Shown here piece after piece: positions 1 through 9,423 of a stretch of DNA of 64,000 nucleotides. Every line of letters starts with the position of its first letter. Within the stretch, counting starts at the first letter, position 1. The position numbers and the translations under genes were made by a program. Below the pieces are notes generated by a model that was given only the letters and a program-made list of their open reading frames with translations, ran no database searches and had not been told where the DNA came from. This DNA comes from an uncultured Alphaproteobacteria bacterium (GTDB taxonomy: Bacteria; Pseudomonadota; Alphaproteobacteria; Rhizobiales; Xanthobacteraceae): positions 1,168,750 to 1,232,749 of the forward strand of contig CAVYPJ010000001.1 of NCBI GenBank assembly GCA_963770385.1, given 5' to 3'.

Positions 1-1
1 C

Positions 2-52
2 GATCAGGTCGCGGAGCATCTCGGCTTCATCCAGTATCGCAAGATACTGTAG
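2..52 (+). CDS. 3' end of a gene cut by the window edge (DQVAEHLGFIQYRKIL*), possibly a GNAT acetyltransferase
   Basis: Open frame from nt 2 to TAG at 50-52; resembles C-termini of small GNATs; only 16 codons visible. Confidence 0.35.
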   Translation, partial: DQVAEHLGFIQYRKIL

Positions 53-60
53 CTGACGCT

Positions 61-100
61 GTCATTCCGGGGCGGCTCGCAGAGCCGAACCCGGAATGAC
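61..100. repeat. REP-like palindrome (GTCATTCCGGGGC...CCCGGAATGAC)
   Basis: Inverted-repeat arms GTCATTCCGG/CCGGAATGAC; the same motif recurs at 7151-7245. Confidence 0.8.
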
Positions 101-134
101 GAAAAAGAATGAAGAACAAGAAAGGGAGTGGACG

Positions 135-854
135 ATGTCAGATATTTCCGCCGTGAAGGCCCTGGTGTTCGATGTGTTCGGCACGGTGGTTGACTGGCGC
201 ACCAGCCTGATCAACGACTTCACCAAATGGTCGGAGACGCGCGACATCAAGGCCGACTGGACCGCCCTCGTCGACGGCTGGCGTGCTGTCTATACCGCGT
301 CCATGGACGAGGTGCGCAAGCATCCGGAGCGCGGCTATGTCATGCTCGACGTGCTGCATCGCCGCTCGCTGGAGAAGCTGGTCGAGCAGCTCTCGATCAA
401 GGGCCTGACCGACGCCGATCTAGATCACCTCACCTTGGGATGGCATCGGCTGCATCCGTGGCCGGATAGCGTCGCCGGACTAGCGCGGCTGAAGACGAAA
501 TACATCATCTCGCCGCTCTCCAACGGCAACGTCGCGCTGCTCACCAACATGGCGAAGTTTGGCGGCCTGCCATGGGACCTGATCATGTCGGCGGAATTGT
601 TCGAGCACTACAAGCCCGACCCCGAGACCTATCTCGGCGCGGCGAAACTGCTCTGCCTGCCGCCGGAGCAGGTGATGATGGTGGCCGCCCACAACGGCGA
701 TCTGAAGGCCGCGCAAACGCACGGTTTGAAGACGGCCTTCGTGGCCCGTCCGACGGAGTATGGTCCGCTGCAGAAACGCGATTTCGAAGCCACCGGCGAT
801 TGGGATATCGTTGCCAAGGATTTCGGCGGCATTGCCGATCGGATGGGATGCTAG
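135..854 (+). CDS. Haloacid dehalogenase type II (HAD superfamily)
   Basis: Motif I FDVFGTVVDW, LSNGN, YKPDP, MMVAAHNGDL; ATG at 135 follows an AGGGAG RBS. Confidence 0.9.
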   Translation: MSDISAVKALVFDVFGTVVDWRTSLINDFTKWSETRDIKADWTALVDGWRAVYTASMDEVRKHPERGYVMLDVLHRRSLEKLVEQLSIKGLTDADLDHLTLGWHRLHPWPDSVAGLARLKTKYIISPLSNGNVALLTNMAKFGGLPWDLIMSAELFEHYKPDPETYLGAAKLLCLPPEQVMMVAAHNGDLKAAQTHGLKTAFVARPTEYGPLQKRDFEATGDWDIVAKDFGGIADRMGC

Positions 855-882
855 AGCAAAACCCTCGTCGCTCTCTGATTGT

Positions 883-954
883 GCATGATCTCCGCGCAAA
901 CGCGTTCCGCGTTTGTCGCGAGTGAAAACCGCCACAGACTTTTCCGGATCATGC
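883..954. repeat. Intergenic mosaic palindromic element (GCATGATC...GATCATGC)
   Basis: Terminal inverted repeats and an internal CGCAAACGCGTTCCGCGTTTG hairpin; near-identical inverted copy at about 40078-40150. Confidence 0.8.
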
Positions 955-1097
955 CCTTTGCCTAGCGCGCGCGGCAATTTATTTGCGCGAGGCTGGTTTC
1001 CGGACATTACAACTGTAACCTCGACGCTCAATTTTGAAATGTTCCGCAAACAGAACATAGCCAGCGTTAACAGCTTAACGTAGCGCGCGGACACAAG

Positions 1098-1706
1098 ATG
1101 CAAGTTCAGTTCATTCTCGACTACCGAAGCCCGTATGCGTATCTGGCGAATACGCAAATCACATCACTGGGTGTTCAGATCAAATATGAACCAGTCGAGA
1201 TTGTTTCCGTCATGAAGAGGGTAAACAATCAGCCCTCGCCGATGTGTCCGCCGAAGGCGAAGTACGCCGGGCTCGACGCGATGCGGTGGGCGAAGCACTA
1301 CGGCGTGCCCTATTCACCCAATAGGCCATTGCTTGAGGCGTTACGAACAGGACAACTTAAGAGCGACCTACTGTCGCGCGCAGGAATTGCGGCTGAGAAG
1401 CTGGGTGTTTTCCAACAAGTGAACGATGCGCTTTTCGGCGCGGTTTGGGCCAGCTCGGCCGAATTAACGAGTGCAGACGATCGATTGAACTTCCTCACGA
1501 GCCGCGCTCTTCCGCAGGAATTGTGGGACATAGCAGAATCCGCGGAGATACAAGAGCTGCTCGCTGCCAATGGTGAGCGAGCCATGGCGCTCGGCGTGTT
1601 TGGCGTGCCAACCTTCTTCCTCGATGATGAAATGTTTTTCGGCAATGACCGGCTGAGTTTCGTCAGGGCTAAGCTGGATGTGGCAAGAGCGAAGATCAAG
1701 CAATGA
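1098..1706 (+). CDS. 2-hydroxychromene-2-carboxylate isomerase / DsbA-like (GST-kappa) protein
   Basis: DYRSPYAYLA N-terminal motif and GVFGVPTFF...FFGNDRL C-terminal motif. Confidence 0.85.
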   Translation: MQVQFILDYRSPYAYLANTQITSLGVQIKYEPVEIVSVMKRVNNQPSPMCPPKAKYAGLDAMRWAKHYGVPYSPNRPLLEALRTGQLKSDLLSRAGIAAEKLGVFQQVNDALFGAVWASSAELTSADDRLNFLTSRALPQELWDIAESAEIQELLAANGERAMALGVFGVPTFFLDDEMFFGNDRLSFVRAKLDVARAKIKQ

Positions 1707-2404
1707 GCAGGAAGCGGGCGCTTGTTACGGGCGTGGGACCCGGGACCGGCACGTCGATCGTACGGCGGTTCGTCGAAGGCGGATACGATGTCGCCATGAT
1801 CGCGAGGAACGAGGAGCGGCTCCGCGAACTCGGAGCGAAGATCGGTCATACCCAGGCCTTCCCCGTCGATGTGACGGATACAGCTCGCTTTGACGAAACG
1901 CTCGATCGCATTCTTGCCGATTTCGGCCCGCCGGAGATCGTGATCCACAATGCCGTCGGCGGCGTGTTCGGCAATTTCATGCAGATCGACCCAGCCGCGC
2001 TGCTGCGCAATTTCCAGGTCAATGTGATGGCCCTACTGCATCTGGCCCGGCGTCTGGCTCCTGCCATGATCGAGGCCGGTTCGGGCGCGATCATCGCGTC
2101 GGGCAACACGTCGGCGCTGAGAGGAAAGAGCAATTTTTCCGGTTTCGCTCCAACCAAAGCGGGGCAACGGATCCTTGCGGAGTCGATTGCCCGGGAGCTT
2201 GGTCCAAAGGGTATCCATGTCGCTTACGTTCTTATCGATGCGGTGATCGACCTCGAATGGACGCGCGCCTTGCGCCCCGATGCGCCGGACGACTTCTTCA
2301 TCCGGCCATCCGACATTGCCGACGAGATCTGGCACGTGGTGCATCAACCAAGGAGCGCCTGGTCCTTCAACGTGGAGATCCGCCCATTCAAAGAAAGCTG
2401 GTGA
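1703..2404 (+). CDS. Short-chain dehydrogenase/reductase (atypical SDR)
   Basis: VTGVGPGTG Rossmann motif, HNAVGG, FAPTKAGQR; ATGA overlap with the upstream gene. Confidence 0.85.
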   Translation: MSRKRALVTGVGPGTGTSIVRRFVEGGYDVAMIARNEERLRELGAKIGHTQAFPVDVTDTARFDETLDRILADFGPPEIVIHNAVGGVFGNFMQIDPAALLRNFQVNVMALLHLARRLAPAMIEAGSGAIIASGNTSALRGKSNFSGFAPTKAGQRILAESIARELGPKGIHVAYVLIDAVIDLEWTRALRPDAPDDFFIRPSDIADEIWHVVHQPRSAWSFNVEIRPFKESW

Positions 2405-2471
2405 GCGAACAACAAGTTCTGGACAGGCGTGAGCTGGTCGCACAACAACTCTCGAACAGGGAACTGTACAT

Positions 2472-2933
2472 ATGTCAATTACAGGTCGTGACGGCTCGTT
2501 CTGGGATATGATTGAAGGCCGCGCCGCTCTTCCGCGTATTTCGGAGTTGCTGGGATTCAAGCTTATTGCAGTGGATCCAATAGCAGGAACATTAAATGCA
2601 GAGTTTCAGGGCGCACCGCAGTTTGTGAATGCGGGAGGCACTATTCAGGGCGGAATTATTACGGCGATGCTCGATGACGTCATGTCCTATGCAGGGACGG
2701 CCTTTCTCAATGGGACCCACATGTTACCCACGCTGGAGATTAAGACGACTTTTATTCGGCCTGCTCGGGTAGGGCCGTTGTTCGGCGCGGGAAGACTCGT
2801 TCATCGCGGACGAGATTTTACTTTCCTCGAGGGAGTATTGAAAAGAGATGACGACAGATTGCTTGCTAGCGCCACGGCTACAGCACGCATTCTTCCGATA
2901 CCATCTCAAAAGGAACAGGCAATTGTCACTTAA
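2472..2933 (+). CDS. PaaI family thioesterase (hotdog fold)
   Basis: NAGGTIQGGIITAMLDD and TLEIKTTFIRPA motifs. Confidence 0.85.
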   Translation: MSITGRDGSFWDMIEGRAALPRISELLGFKLIAVDPIAGTLNAEFQGAPQFVNAGGTIQGGIITAMLDDVMSYAGTAFLNGTHMLPTLEIKTTFIRPARVGPLFGAGRLVHRGRDFTFLEGVLKRDDDRLLASATATARILPIPSQKEQAIVT

Positions 2934-3111
2934 GTGGTCCCGGCCACGCCGATCAAAAACATCTCTCACGGGAACGAAGCCATCCCGCGCTCCGTGGATT
3001 CTATCTCACGGCGGTCGGCCTCTTGGCTGCGCTTTGCGAGTATTTGATGCGACAACCTGCATAGCATCCGCGGCGCTCTAATCATCCACCCTCAGAAGCG
3101 AGGAATTAGTC

Positions 3112-3939
3112 ATGCGAACAAGGGACTTGCCGATGCCGACGGACAAGAATGTTCATGTGAAGCGGGCGGATGCGGACCTTGAAAGTTTGCTTGACAGACC
3201 TGTTTTGACAGATGTTCAGAAGGTCGCGCTGTCGGCACGCATCCTGGCCGGCGAAGGCCACTTCGGGAGCCTCGCCGGTCAATTGACAGCGCGGATCGCT
3301 CAGGACCGGTTTTTGACGCTTGCGTTGGGTACCGCATTCGACGAAGCGAACCCCTCCGATTTCATAGTTGTAGATGACGATCTCAACGTGATCGACGGCA
3401 AGGGGATTCCTAATCCGGCGACGCGCTTCCATCTATGGATCTACAAGCACAAACCGTTGGTTCGCTCCGTCGTACATACACATCCGCCGGCCACGTCGGC
3501 CTTATCGATGATTGGCCAGCCACTGATTGTCGCACATATGGACATGTGCATGTTTCAGGATCAGTGCGCCTATCTGCCCGATTGGCCGGGCCTACCCATC
3601 GGCGACGAGGAGGGGATGATCATCTCGGAAGCCTTGGGCGACAAAAAGACCATTCTGCTCGCGAACCATGGGCTGATCTCGGCCGGCGAGACCATCGAGG
3701 AGGCGACATACCTGGCAGTCTTCTTCGAGCGCGCAGCCGCTCTTCAGCTTGCGGCGTCGGCGGCTGGCACGGTGCATCCCGTAGATCCTGACAAGGCGAG
3801 GGAAGCCCGCGATTTTCTTCTGAAACCGAAGATCGTTAAGATGACGTTTGAATACCTGTCACGCCAGGCGCTGAGAGGCAAGGATGCGCAGGGGCTGATC
3901 GGGAATCGTGCGGACGGGACCATCTCGCCGCAGCCGTGA
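3112..3939 (+). CDS. Class II aldolase/adducin family protein
   Basis: PNPATRFHLWIY, VVHTHPP and LLANHG metal-binding motifs; start may be a later Met. Confidence 0.85.
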   Translation: MRTRDLPMPTDKNVHVKRADADLESLLDRPVLTDVQKVALSARILAGEGHFGSLAGQLTARIAQDRFLTLALGTAFDEANPSDFIVVDDDLNVIDGKGIPNPATRFHLWIYKHKPLVRSVVHTHPPATSALSMIGQPLIVAHMDMCMFQDQCAYLPDWPGLPIGDEEGMIISEALGDKKTILLANHGLISAGETIEEATYLAVFFERAAALQLAASAAGTVHPVDPDKAREARDFLLKPKIVKMTFEYLSRQALRGKDAQGLIGNRADGTISPQP

Positions 3940-3966
3940 CAAACTCCCGATGAATTTCAACAGACC

Positions 3967-5061
3967 CTAAGCCGCGCACTGGATCACGCCGAACCAGCCG
4001 AGGCCCTTATAGGTCTCGTAGCCGGGTGTGGCGTGATACGCGATGAGCCCGGAGCGGTCTTCATAGAAGCCGCTTGGGCCTGCACTCTGCTGCGCCAGCT
4101 GAATGCGCTCGGTCAACAGGCCCTGGCCGTCTGATGCCGCGATCACCCTGAAATTGGAATCGACGAGCAGCACGCGCGCCTTGTCGTTCTCACCGACACG
4201 CACGCCCTGCACGATGGCGCGGGCCTGCGGCTCCCAATCGAAATGGATCGCGAGAACGCCGATCGGCTTGCCGTCGGCCTTGCCGTCTTCCCGCACGCTC
4301 GCGCAATAGGTCGCGACCTGCGCATTGCCGAGCAGTGGCTGACTTTCGACGTCGCTGGCAACATAGTCATCGCCCGAGCGCAGCTTGCGCGCGTCGCAAA
4401 ACCAATTGGTGTCGCCGACGTTCTGGCCTGCGACATTGAACCGGTCCGCGCGCCCATTGGCGAGGATCTTGCCGTTGAGGTCGCAGAGCCAGAGGTCGAG
4501 ATAGACCGTATAGGCGGACAGGATCACGGCAAGACGCTCCGATGCGTGCGCGGCTGCTGCAGCTGCCGGCGTGGCTGCGCAATCGACAACCGCGGAATCG
4601 GTCGCCCACCAGCGCACGTCGCAGGTGCGCTCATAGAGATTGCGGTCGATCAGCTCGATTGCATTCAACGACAGATCGACCATGCGCTCGCCGCGCGAAC
4701 GTTGCGCCATCCGCTCCATCGAGCTCACGAGATTGCCGGTGCGCTTGGTGAGCTGGCTTTCGAGATCGCGCGCGATGGCCTCGACCTGCTGGCCGACGCT
4801 GCGCACCTCCTGCGCGACGACGGCGAAACCCGCGCCTTGCGCGCCCGCCCGGGAGCTTTCGATCAGCGCGTTCAATGCCAGCATCTTCATCTGGTTGGTG
4901 ATCTGCTGGATCGATTTGGTCTTCTCGCACGCGATCTGGTTGACCTCGGCGGTGAGTCGGGCGATCAGCGCGGAAATGTCGGATTCCTGATCGGCTTCGT
5001 CGGAGACGGGGGCCTTCTTCGCGATTATGTCCGTCCGGCTTCGATCAAGCGCGGTGAGCAT
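3967..5061 (-). CDS. Soluble chemoreceptor-like protein: N-terminal MCP signalling hairpin plus C-terminal Cache-like domain
   Basis: LALNALIESSRAGAQGAGFAVVAQEVR hairpin tip near the N-terminus; C-terminal region resembles dCache; no hydrophobic TM segment. Confidence 0.75.
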   Translation of the reverse strand: MLTALDRSRTDIIAKKAPVSDEADQESDISALIARLTAEVNQIACEKTKSIQQITNQMKMLALNALIESSRAGAQGAGFAVVAQEVRSVGQQVEAIARDLESQLTKRTGNLVSSMERMAQRSRGERMVDLSLNAIELIDRNLYERTCDVRWWATDSAVVDCAATPAAAAAAHASERLAVILSAYTVYLDLWLCDLNGKILANGRADRFNVAGQNVGDTNWFCDARKLRSGDDYVASDVESQPLLGNAQVATYCASVREDGKADGKPIGVLAIHFDWEPQARAIVQGVRVGENDKARVLLVDSNFRVIAASDGQGLLTERIQLAQQSAGPSGFYEDRSGLIAYHATPGYETYKGLGWFGVIQCAA

Positions 5062-5137
5062 TGACGGAATTCCTCTGCGTAATGTTCCAGTGCCGTAAAA
5101 TAACGGGGATAATAATTCTTACTTTTTCAGATTCCGC

Positions 5138-5153
5138 CTAACGCGGGTTTAAC
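5138..5153. promoter_or_regulatory. Near-consensus CtrA box (CTAA-N7-TTAAC)
   Basis: CTAACGCGGGTTTAAC upstream of the MCP-like gene; one mismatch to TTAA-N7-TTAAC. Confidence 0.5.
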
Positions 5154-5290
5154 CTCCTCCTGTTGGAGGATATCTCCGACTGCATCTTGTTTTGGCAGTC
5201 AGCCGCTTTTTTCAGCGACTTCCGGCCAGAGGCGCCTAATGCTCCCGTGATTGGCGTTCCGGCGATTCGCGGGTATTCCTCGAAGGCATC

Positions 5291-7132
5291 ATGACGCTTG
5301 CCGCTACAGCACTGCCTGCCGAAGTGCCCGCCGCCTTCCTCGGCGTGACACGATCGCTGACCGGTAAGCTGTGGCGAGACCGGCTCGATGCCCGGGGGGC
5401 GGCGCGGGCGCTCGCCATCGTGCAGCGCCATCGGCTTCCCGAAATGCTGGCGCGGGTGTTGGCGAGCCGCAATGTCGAGATCGATGCGGTTCCGGATTTC
5501 CTCGATCCGACCATCCGCAAGCTGATGCCCGATCCGTTCACGCTGACGGACATGGAGGTTGCGGCAAGGCGCATCGCCGATGCAGCCGTGCGCGGCGAAA
5601 AGGTCGCGATCTTCGGCGACTACGATGTCGATGGTGCGACCTCGGCAGCGCTGCTTGCCTGGCATCTGCGGCATTGCGGGCTCGATCCGCTGATTCATAT
5701 TCCCGACCGCCTGTTCGAGGGCTACGGCCCCAACACCGAGGCGGTGCGCGGGCTGGCCGCGAAGGGTGCCACGCTGCTCGTCACAGTCGATTGCGGCACC
5801 ACAAGTCTCGAACCGCTGGCGGAAGCGAAGCGGCTCGGCATGTCGGTCGTCGTCATCGACCATCACCAGGCGGGCGAGCAATTGCCCGAGGTCGATGCGC
5901 TGGTGAATCCGAATCGGGCGGATGATCTCTCCGGTCTCGGCTATCTCGCCGCGGTCGGTCTCGTCCTGGTCACGCTGGTCGCAGTGAATCGCGAGCTGCG
6001 TGCGCGCGGCTTCTGGACCGGTGAGATGCCCGAACCGGATCTGTTGGGCATGCTGCATCACGTCGCGCTCGGCACGGTGGCCGATGTCGCACCGCTGATT
6101 GGTCTGAACCGCGCCTTCGTCGCCAAGGGCCTGATCGCGATGCGCCGGCGCGACCATGTCGGCCACACTGCGCTGATGGACGTGTCACGGCTCAACGGTC
6201 CGCCCGAGGCCTGGCATCTCGGCTTCATGCTCGGTCCGCGCATCAATGCCGGCGGCAGAATTGGGCGCGCCGATCTCGGCGTGCGGCTGCTGCTCGAAGG
6301 CGATGTCTCCGAGGCCGCGCGCATCGCGGCCGAACTCGACCGGCTGAACGGCGAGCGTCGCGTCATCGAGCAGGCGGCGGAAGCGCAGGCCGAGGCCGAA
6401 GCGCTGGCCGCGCTCGGGCTGGAAGACAAGGGCAGCGTGATCGTGACCGCGTCCGAGGGCTGGCACCCCGGCGTGGTCGGACTTGTGGCGGCGCGGCTGA
6501 AGGAAAAGTTCGCGCGGCCTTCGTTTGCCATCGCGCTCGAGCCCGGCGGCATCGGCACGGGTTCGGGCCGTTCGATCGGCGGCGTCGATCTTGGCAAGGC
6601 GGTGCGGCAGGCGGTCACGGACGGCCTCCTGTTGAAGGGCGGCGGCCACGCGATGGCTGCGGGCGTCACGTTGCGCAAGGAGAAGCTCGCGGAGTTTCGC
6701 GCCTATCTGGAACATGCGCTGGCCCATGACGTCGCGCAGTCGCGCCATGTCAACGAGCTCTTCATCGATGGCGCGATCACCGCGCGCGGTGCGACGCCGG
6801 AATTGGTCGCGACGCTCAATCGCGCCGGCCCGTTCGGCAGCGGCAATCCCGAGCCAGTGCTGGCGCTGCCGTCGCATCAGTTGGTATTCGCCGACGAGGT
6901 TGGGCAAGCACACTTGCGCGTGCGCTTCAAGGCCGGCGACGGCGCGGTCGTCAACGGCGTCGCATTCCGCTCGATCGGCCAGAAGCTCGGCAATGCGCTT
7001 CTCGCTCAGCGCGGGCAAGTGCTGCATGTCGCTGGATCGCTCGTGGTCGATCGCTATCAGGGGACCGAGCGCGTGCAATTGCGCGTACTTGATGTGGCCG
7101 TGCCGGATCAGGGGCCGATGGTGATCCGCTGA
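5291..7132 (+). CDS. recJ: Single-stranded-DNA-specific exonuclease RecJ
   Basis: GDYDVDGATS, VTVDCG, IDHH (DHH motif), GPRINAGGRIG, GSGRS, GGGHAMAAG. Confidence 0.97.
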   Translation: MTLAATALPAEVPAAFLGVTRSLTGKLWRDRLDARGAARALAIVQRHRLPEMLARVLASRNVEIDAVPDFLDPTIRKLMPDPFTLTDMEVAARRIADAAVRGEKVAIFGDYDVDGATSAALLAWHLRHCGLDPLIHIPDRLFEGYGPNTEAVRGLAAKGATLLVTVDCGTTSLEPLAEAKRLGMSVVVIDHHQAGEQLPEVDALVNPNRADDLSGLGYLAAVGLVLVTLVAVNRELRARGFWTGEMPEPDLLGMLHHVALGTVADVAPLIGLNRAFVAKGLIAMRRRDHVGHTALMDVSRLNGPPEAWHLGFMLGPRINAGGRIGRADLGVRLLLEGDVSEAARIAAELDRLNGERRVIEQAAEAQAEAEALAALGLEDKGSVIVTASEGWHPGVVGLVAARLKEKFARPSFAIALEPGGIGTGSGRSIGGVDLGKAVRQAVTDGLLLKGGGHAMAAGVTLRKEKLAEFRAYLEHALAHDVAQSRHVNELFIDGAITARGATPELVATLNRAGPFGSGNPEPVLALPSHQLVFADEVGQAHLRVRFKAGDGAVVNGVAFRSIGQKLGNALLAQRGQVLHVAGSLVVDRYQGTERVQLRVLDVAVPDQGPMVIR

Positions 7133-7150
7133 GACTGTTAGTAGAGGTTC

Positions 7151-7245
7151 GTCATTCCGGGGCAGCCCGACGGGCTGAACCCGGAATCTCGCGCGGCAAT
7201 CTCTGGATTCCGGGTTCGCTCGCTTCGCGAGCGCCCCGGAATGAC
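7151..7245. repeat. Pair of inverted REP-like palindromes between convergent genes
   Basis: GTCATTCCGGGGC...CCCGGAATC, a linker, then GATTCCGGG...CCCCGGAATGAC; same family as 61-100. Confidence 0.85.
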
Positions 7246-7265
7246 GGCAAGCGGAGAGAAGCTCG

Positions 7266-8498
7266 CTACGACCCCTGCCTCAACTTCGCCAGCACCTTCA
7301 GCCCACCATAACCGTCCGCCGGCGTGAGACCCGCCTTCACCTGAAAATCGCGGATCGCTTTCATCGTGTCGTTGCCGACGCGGCCATCGGTGCCGCCGGT
7401 GTCGAAGCCGGCTTTGGTGAGGCGAGTCTGCATTTCCTGCACCTCGGCGAGCGTCAGCGCACGCTCGGAGCCGGGGAAGGGCTGGATGAAGGGCGGCCCG
7501 CCGAGAATGCGGTCGCCAAGATGGCAGATCGCGAGCGCGTAGTTCATCGACGGGTTGTAGCTCTTCACCGAATAGAAGTTCGGTCCGAGCAGGAACGTTG
7601 GGCCGCCCGGCCCGGGAATCCACATCTGCGCGCTGGCGTTCGGCTGCGTGAACGCCTGACCGTCGGCGCGGGTGACGCCGGCACTGGCCCAGGCTGCATA
7701 GGTCCGGTTGCCGCTCGCTTGACCGCCCGGCGCGTGCACCTCGCAACCCCAATGCTCGCCGCGATGATATTTGCCGCGATTGACCAGATATTTCGCCGTG
7801 GAGCCGAGCGCGTCGTCGGGCCTGCCGAACGGCGAGATCTTGCCGTCGTGGTCATAGTCGATGCCGACATTGAGCCAGACTTCGGGCATCCACTGCGTAT
7901 GCCCCATCGCGCCCGCCCATGAGCCGTTCATCTCGTCCGGCGTGCTCCAGCCCCGATCGACAATGCGCAGCGCGTTGGTCAGTTCGGCTTCCCAATAGGC
8001 CTTGCGGCGGGGCTCGTTCCAGGCCAGCGCCGCGAGCGACGGGAAAACCGGGCGCATATGGTTCTGCTGCACCAGGGGATCGCCGAAGGCGGATTCCACG
8101 CCCCACAGCGCGAGCAGCGTGCCGCGCTCGACGCCGAAATCCTTTTCGATGCGCGCAAACAGCGCCTCGTTCTTCTTCAGCGCTTCCTTGCCGTTGATGA
8201 TGCGCCAATCGGACACACGGCGGTTGATGTATTGCCAGGTCTGCTCGTTGAATTCGGGCTGGTTGCGGATCTCCTTGAACACGGTCATGTCGGGCTCGAC
8301 CCGGCCCATCGCGCGATTCCAGGTCGCCTCCGAAATGCCCTTGGCAAGCGCGCGGGCGCGGAAACCATCACGCCATTGATCGAAGCCGGGCGGTGCGGCG
8401 CGCACGGCGAGCGGCTGCACGGTCAGCGCGGCGGCGCCAAGGCTCGCCCGCAGCAGCGCGCGGCGTGTGAGCGAAGTCAAGGAATCGGCTTGTTTCAT
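7266..8498 (-). CDS. Lytic murein transglycosylase (MltB/SLT_2 type) with C-terminal peptidoglycan-binding domain
   Basis: Tat-like TRRALL signal; LWGVESAFG, GSWAGAMGHTQWMP, YNPSMNYAL; DGRVGNDTMKAI PG-binding motif. Confidence 0.92.
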   Translation of the reverse strand: MKQADSLTSLTRRALLRASLGAAALTVQPLAVRAAPPGFDQWRDGFRARALAKGISEATWNRAMGRVEPDMTVFKEIRNQPEFNEQTWQYINRRVSDWRIINGKEALKKNEALFARIEKDFGVERGTLLALWGVESAFGDPLVQQNHMRPVFPSLAALAWNEPRRKAYWEAELTNALRIVDRGWSTPDEMNGSWAGAMGHTQWMPEVWLNVGIDYDHDGKISPFGRPDDALGSTAKYLVNRGKYHRGEHWGCEVHAPGGQASGNRTYAAWASAGVTRADGQAFTQPNASAQMWIPGPGGPTFLLGPNFYSVKSYNPSMNYALAICHLGDRILGGPPFIQPFPGSERALTLAEVQEMQTRLTKAGFDTGGTDGRVGNDTMKAIRDFQVKAGLTPADGYGGLKVLAKLRQGS

Positions 8499-8558
8499 GG
8501 GGCGCAGTTTACCCGCGAGGCCCGGGGCCGAGCAAAGTTTCTTACGCTGCCGGAACCC

Positions 8559-8925
8559 TCAATTTTCCTGCAAATCCGCGGCAATTTTGGACAGCCAGCG
8601 GCGGATGGTCGCAATCTCGCCGGCGTTCATGCCGGCCCCGAGCCGCCGTTCCAGCGCCATGGCGTGGCGGCGGCATTGTTCCAGCAGCCCATCAGCCCGC
8701 GCGGGGTCAGCGCCCATTGCAGGATGCGGCCATGCACGGGATGCGGCGTCCTCCGGATCGCTCCATCGCGTTCGAGGTTGCGGATGATGACGACGCCGAC
8801 GGTCTGCGGGGTGAGCAGGGCGACCCGGGTAAGATCGGCGCCCGACAGGCCCGGATAGGCCTTCAGCATGGTCAGCACGATGAACTGCGGCGGGGTCGCG
8901 CCGAGTTCCGCCAGCGCGCGTTCGC
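8559..8925 (-). pseudogene. MarR family regulator, 5'-truncated and frameshifted
   Basis: ERALAELGATPPQF..LSGADL..LLTPQTVGV..RNLERDG in one frame and LLEQCRRHAMALERRL...WLSKIAADLQEN in another; the first helix is missing. Confidence 0.75.
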
Positions 8926-8974
8926 TTCATTTCCGTGCTAGCGAATGGTCCGCAACATCCGCCAAGAGGTCTTC

Positions 8975-9361
8975 ATGATCGACAGATATTCTGATCATGC
9001 CGCCAACGAACGTACGTTCCTCGCATGGATACGCACCGGCATCGCCACGATCGCCTTCGGCTTCGTGGTCGAAAAGTTCAATCTGTTCATCTTGGCGATG
9101 GCGGAAGCGAGCGATTCCGCCAAGCGTCTGCGCCTGGAGCGGTTCTCGGGCTCCATCAGCCACTATGACGGCTTGGCGCTCATCCTGGTCGGCATGGCCA
9201 TCATCGTCGTCTCCGTGATCCGCTTTGCCCGGACCAGCCGTATGATCGACGACCAGACCGCGCATTCGGCAAGCAGCGTCAGGGCCGAGCTGGTCCTGTC
9301 GATCGCTTTGGCGCTGATTGTCGCGGTGCTGAGTGCCCACCTCGTCTATGTCGAGTTTTGA
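8975..9361 (+). CDS. DUF202 (YidH-like) inner membrane protein
   Basis: DHAANERTFLAWIRT signature and three TM segments. Confidence 0.88.
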   Translation: MIDRYSDHAANERTFLAWIRTGIATIAFGFVVEKFNLFILAMAEASDSAKRLRLERFSGSISHYDGLALILVGMAIIVVSVIRFARTSRMIDDQTAHSASSVRAELVLSIALALIVAVLSAHLVYVEF

Positions 9362-9423
9362 TCGCGCGCGAAGGGAGACTGTTCGCCGGTCAAGCGCGTT
9401 ATTCGAGAGACACCGGGGGAGCG

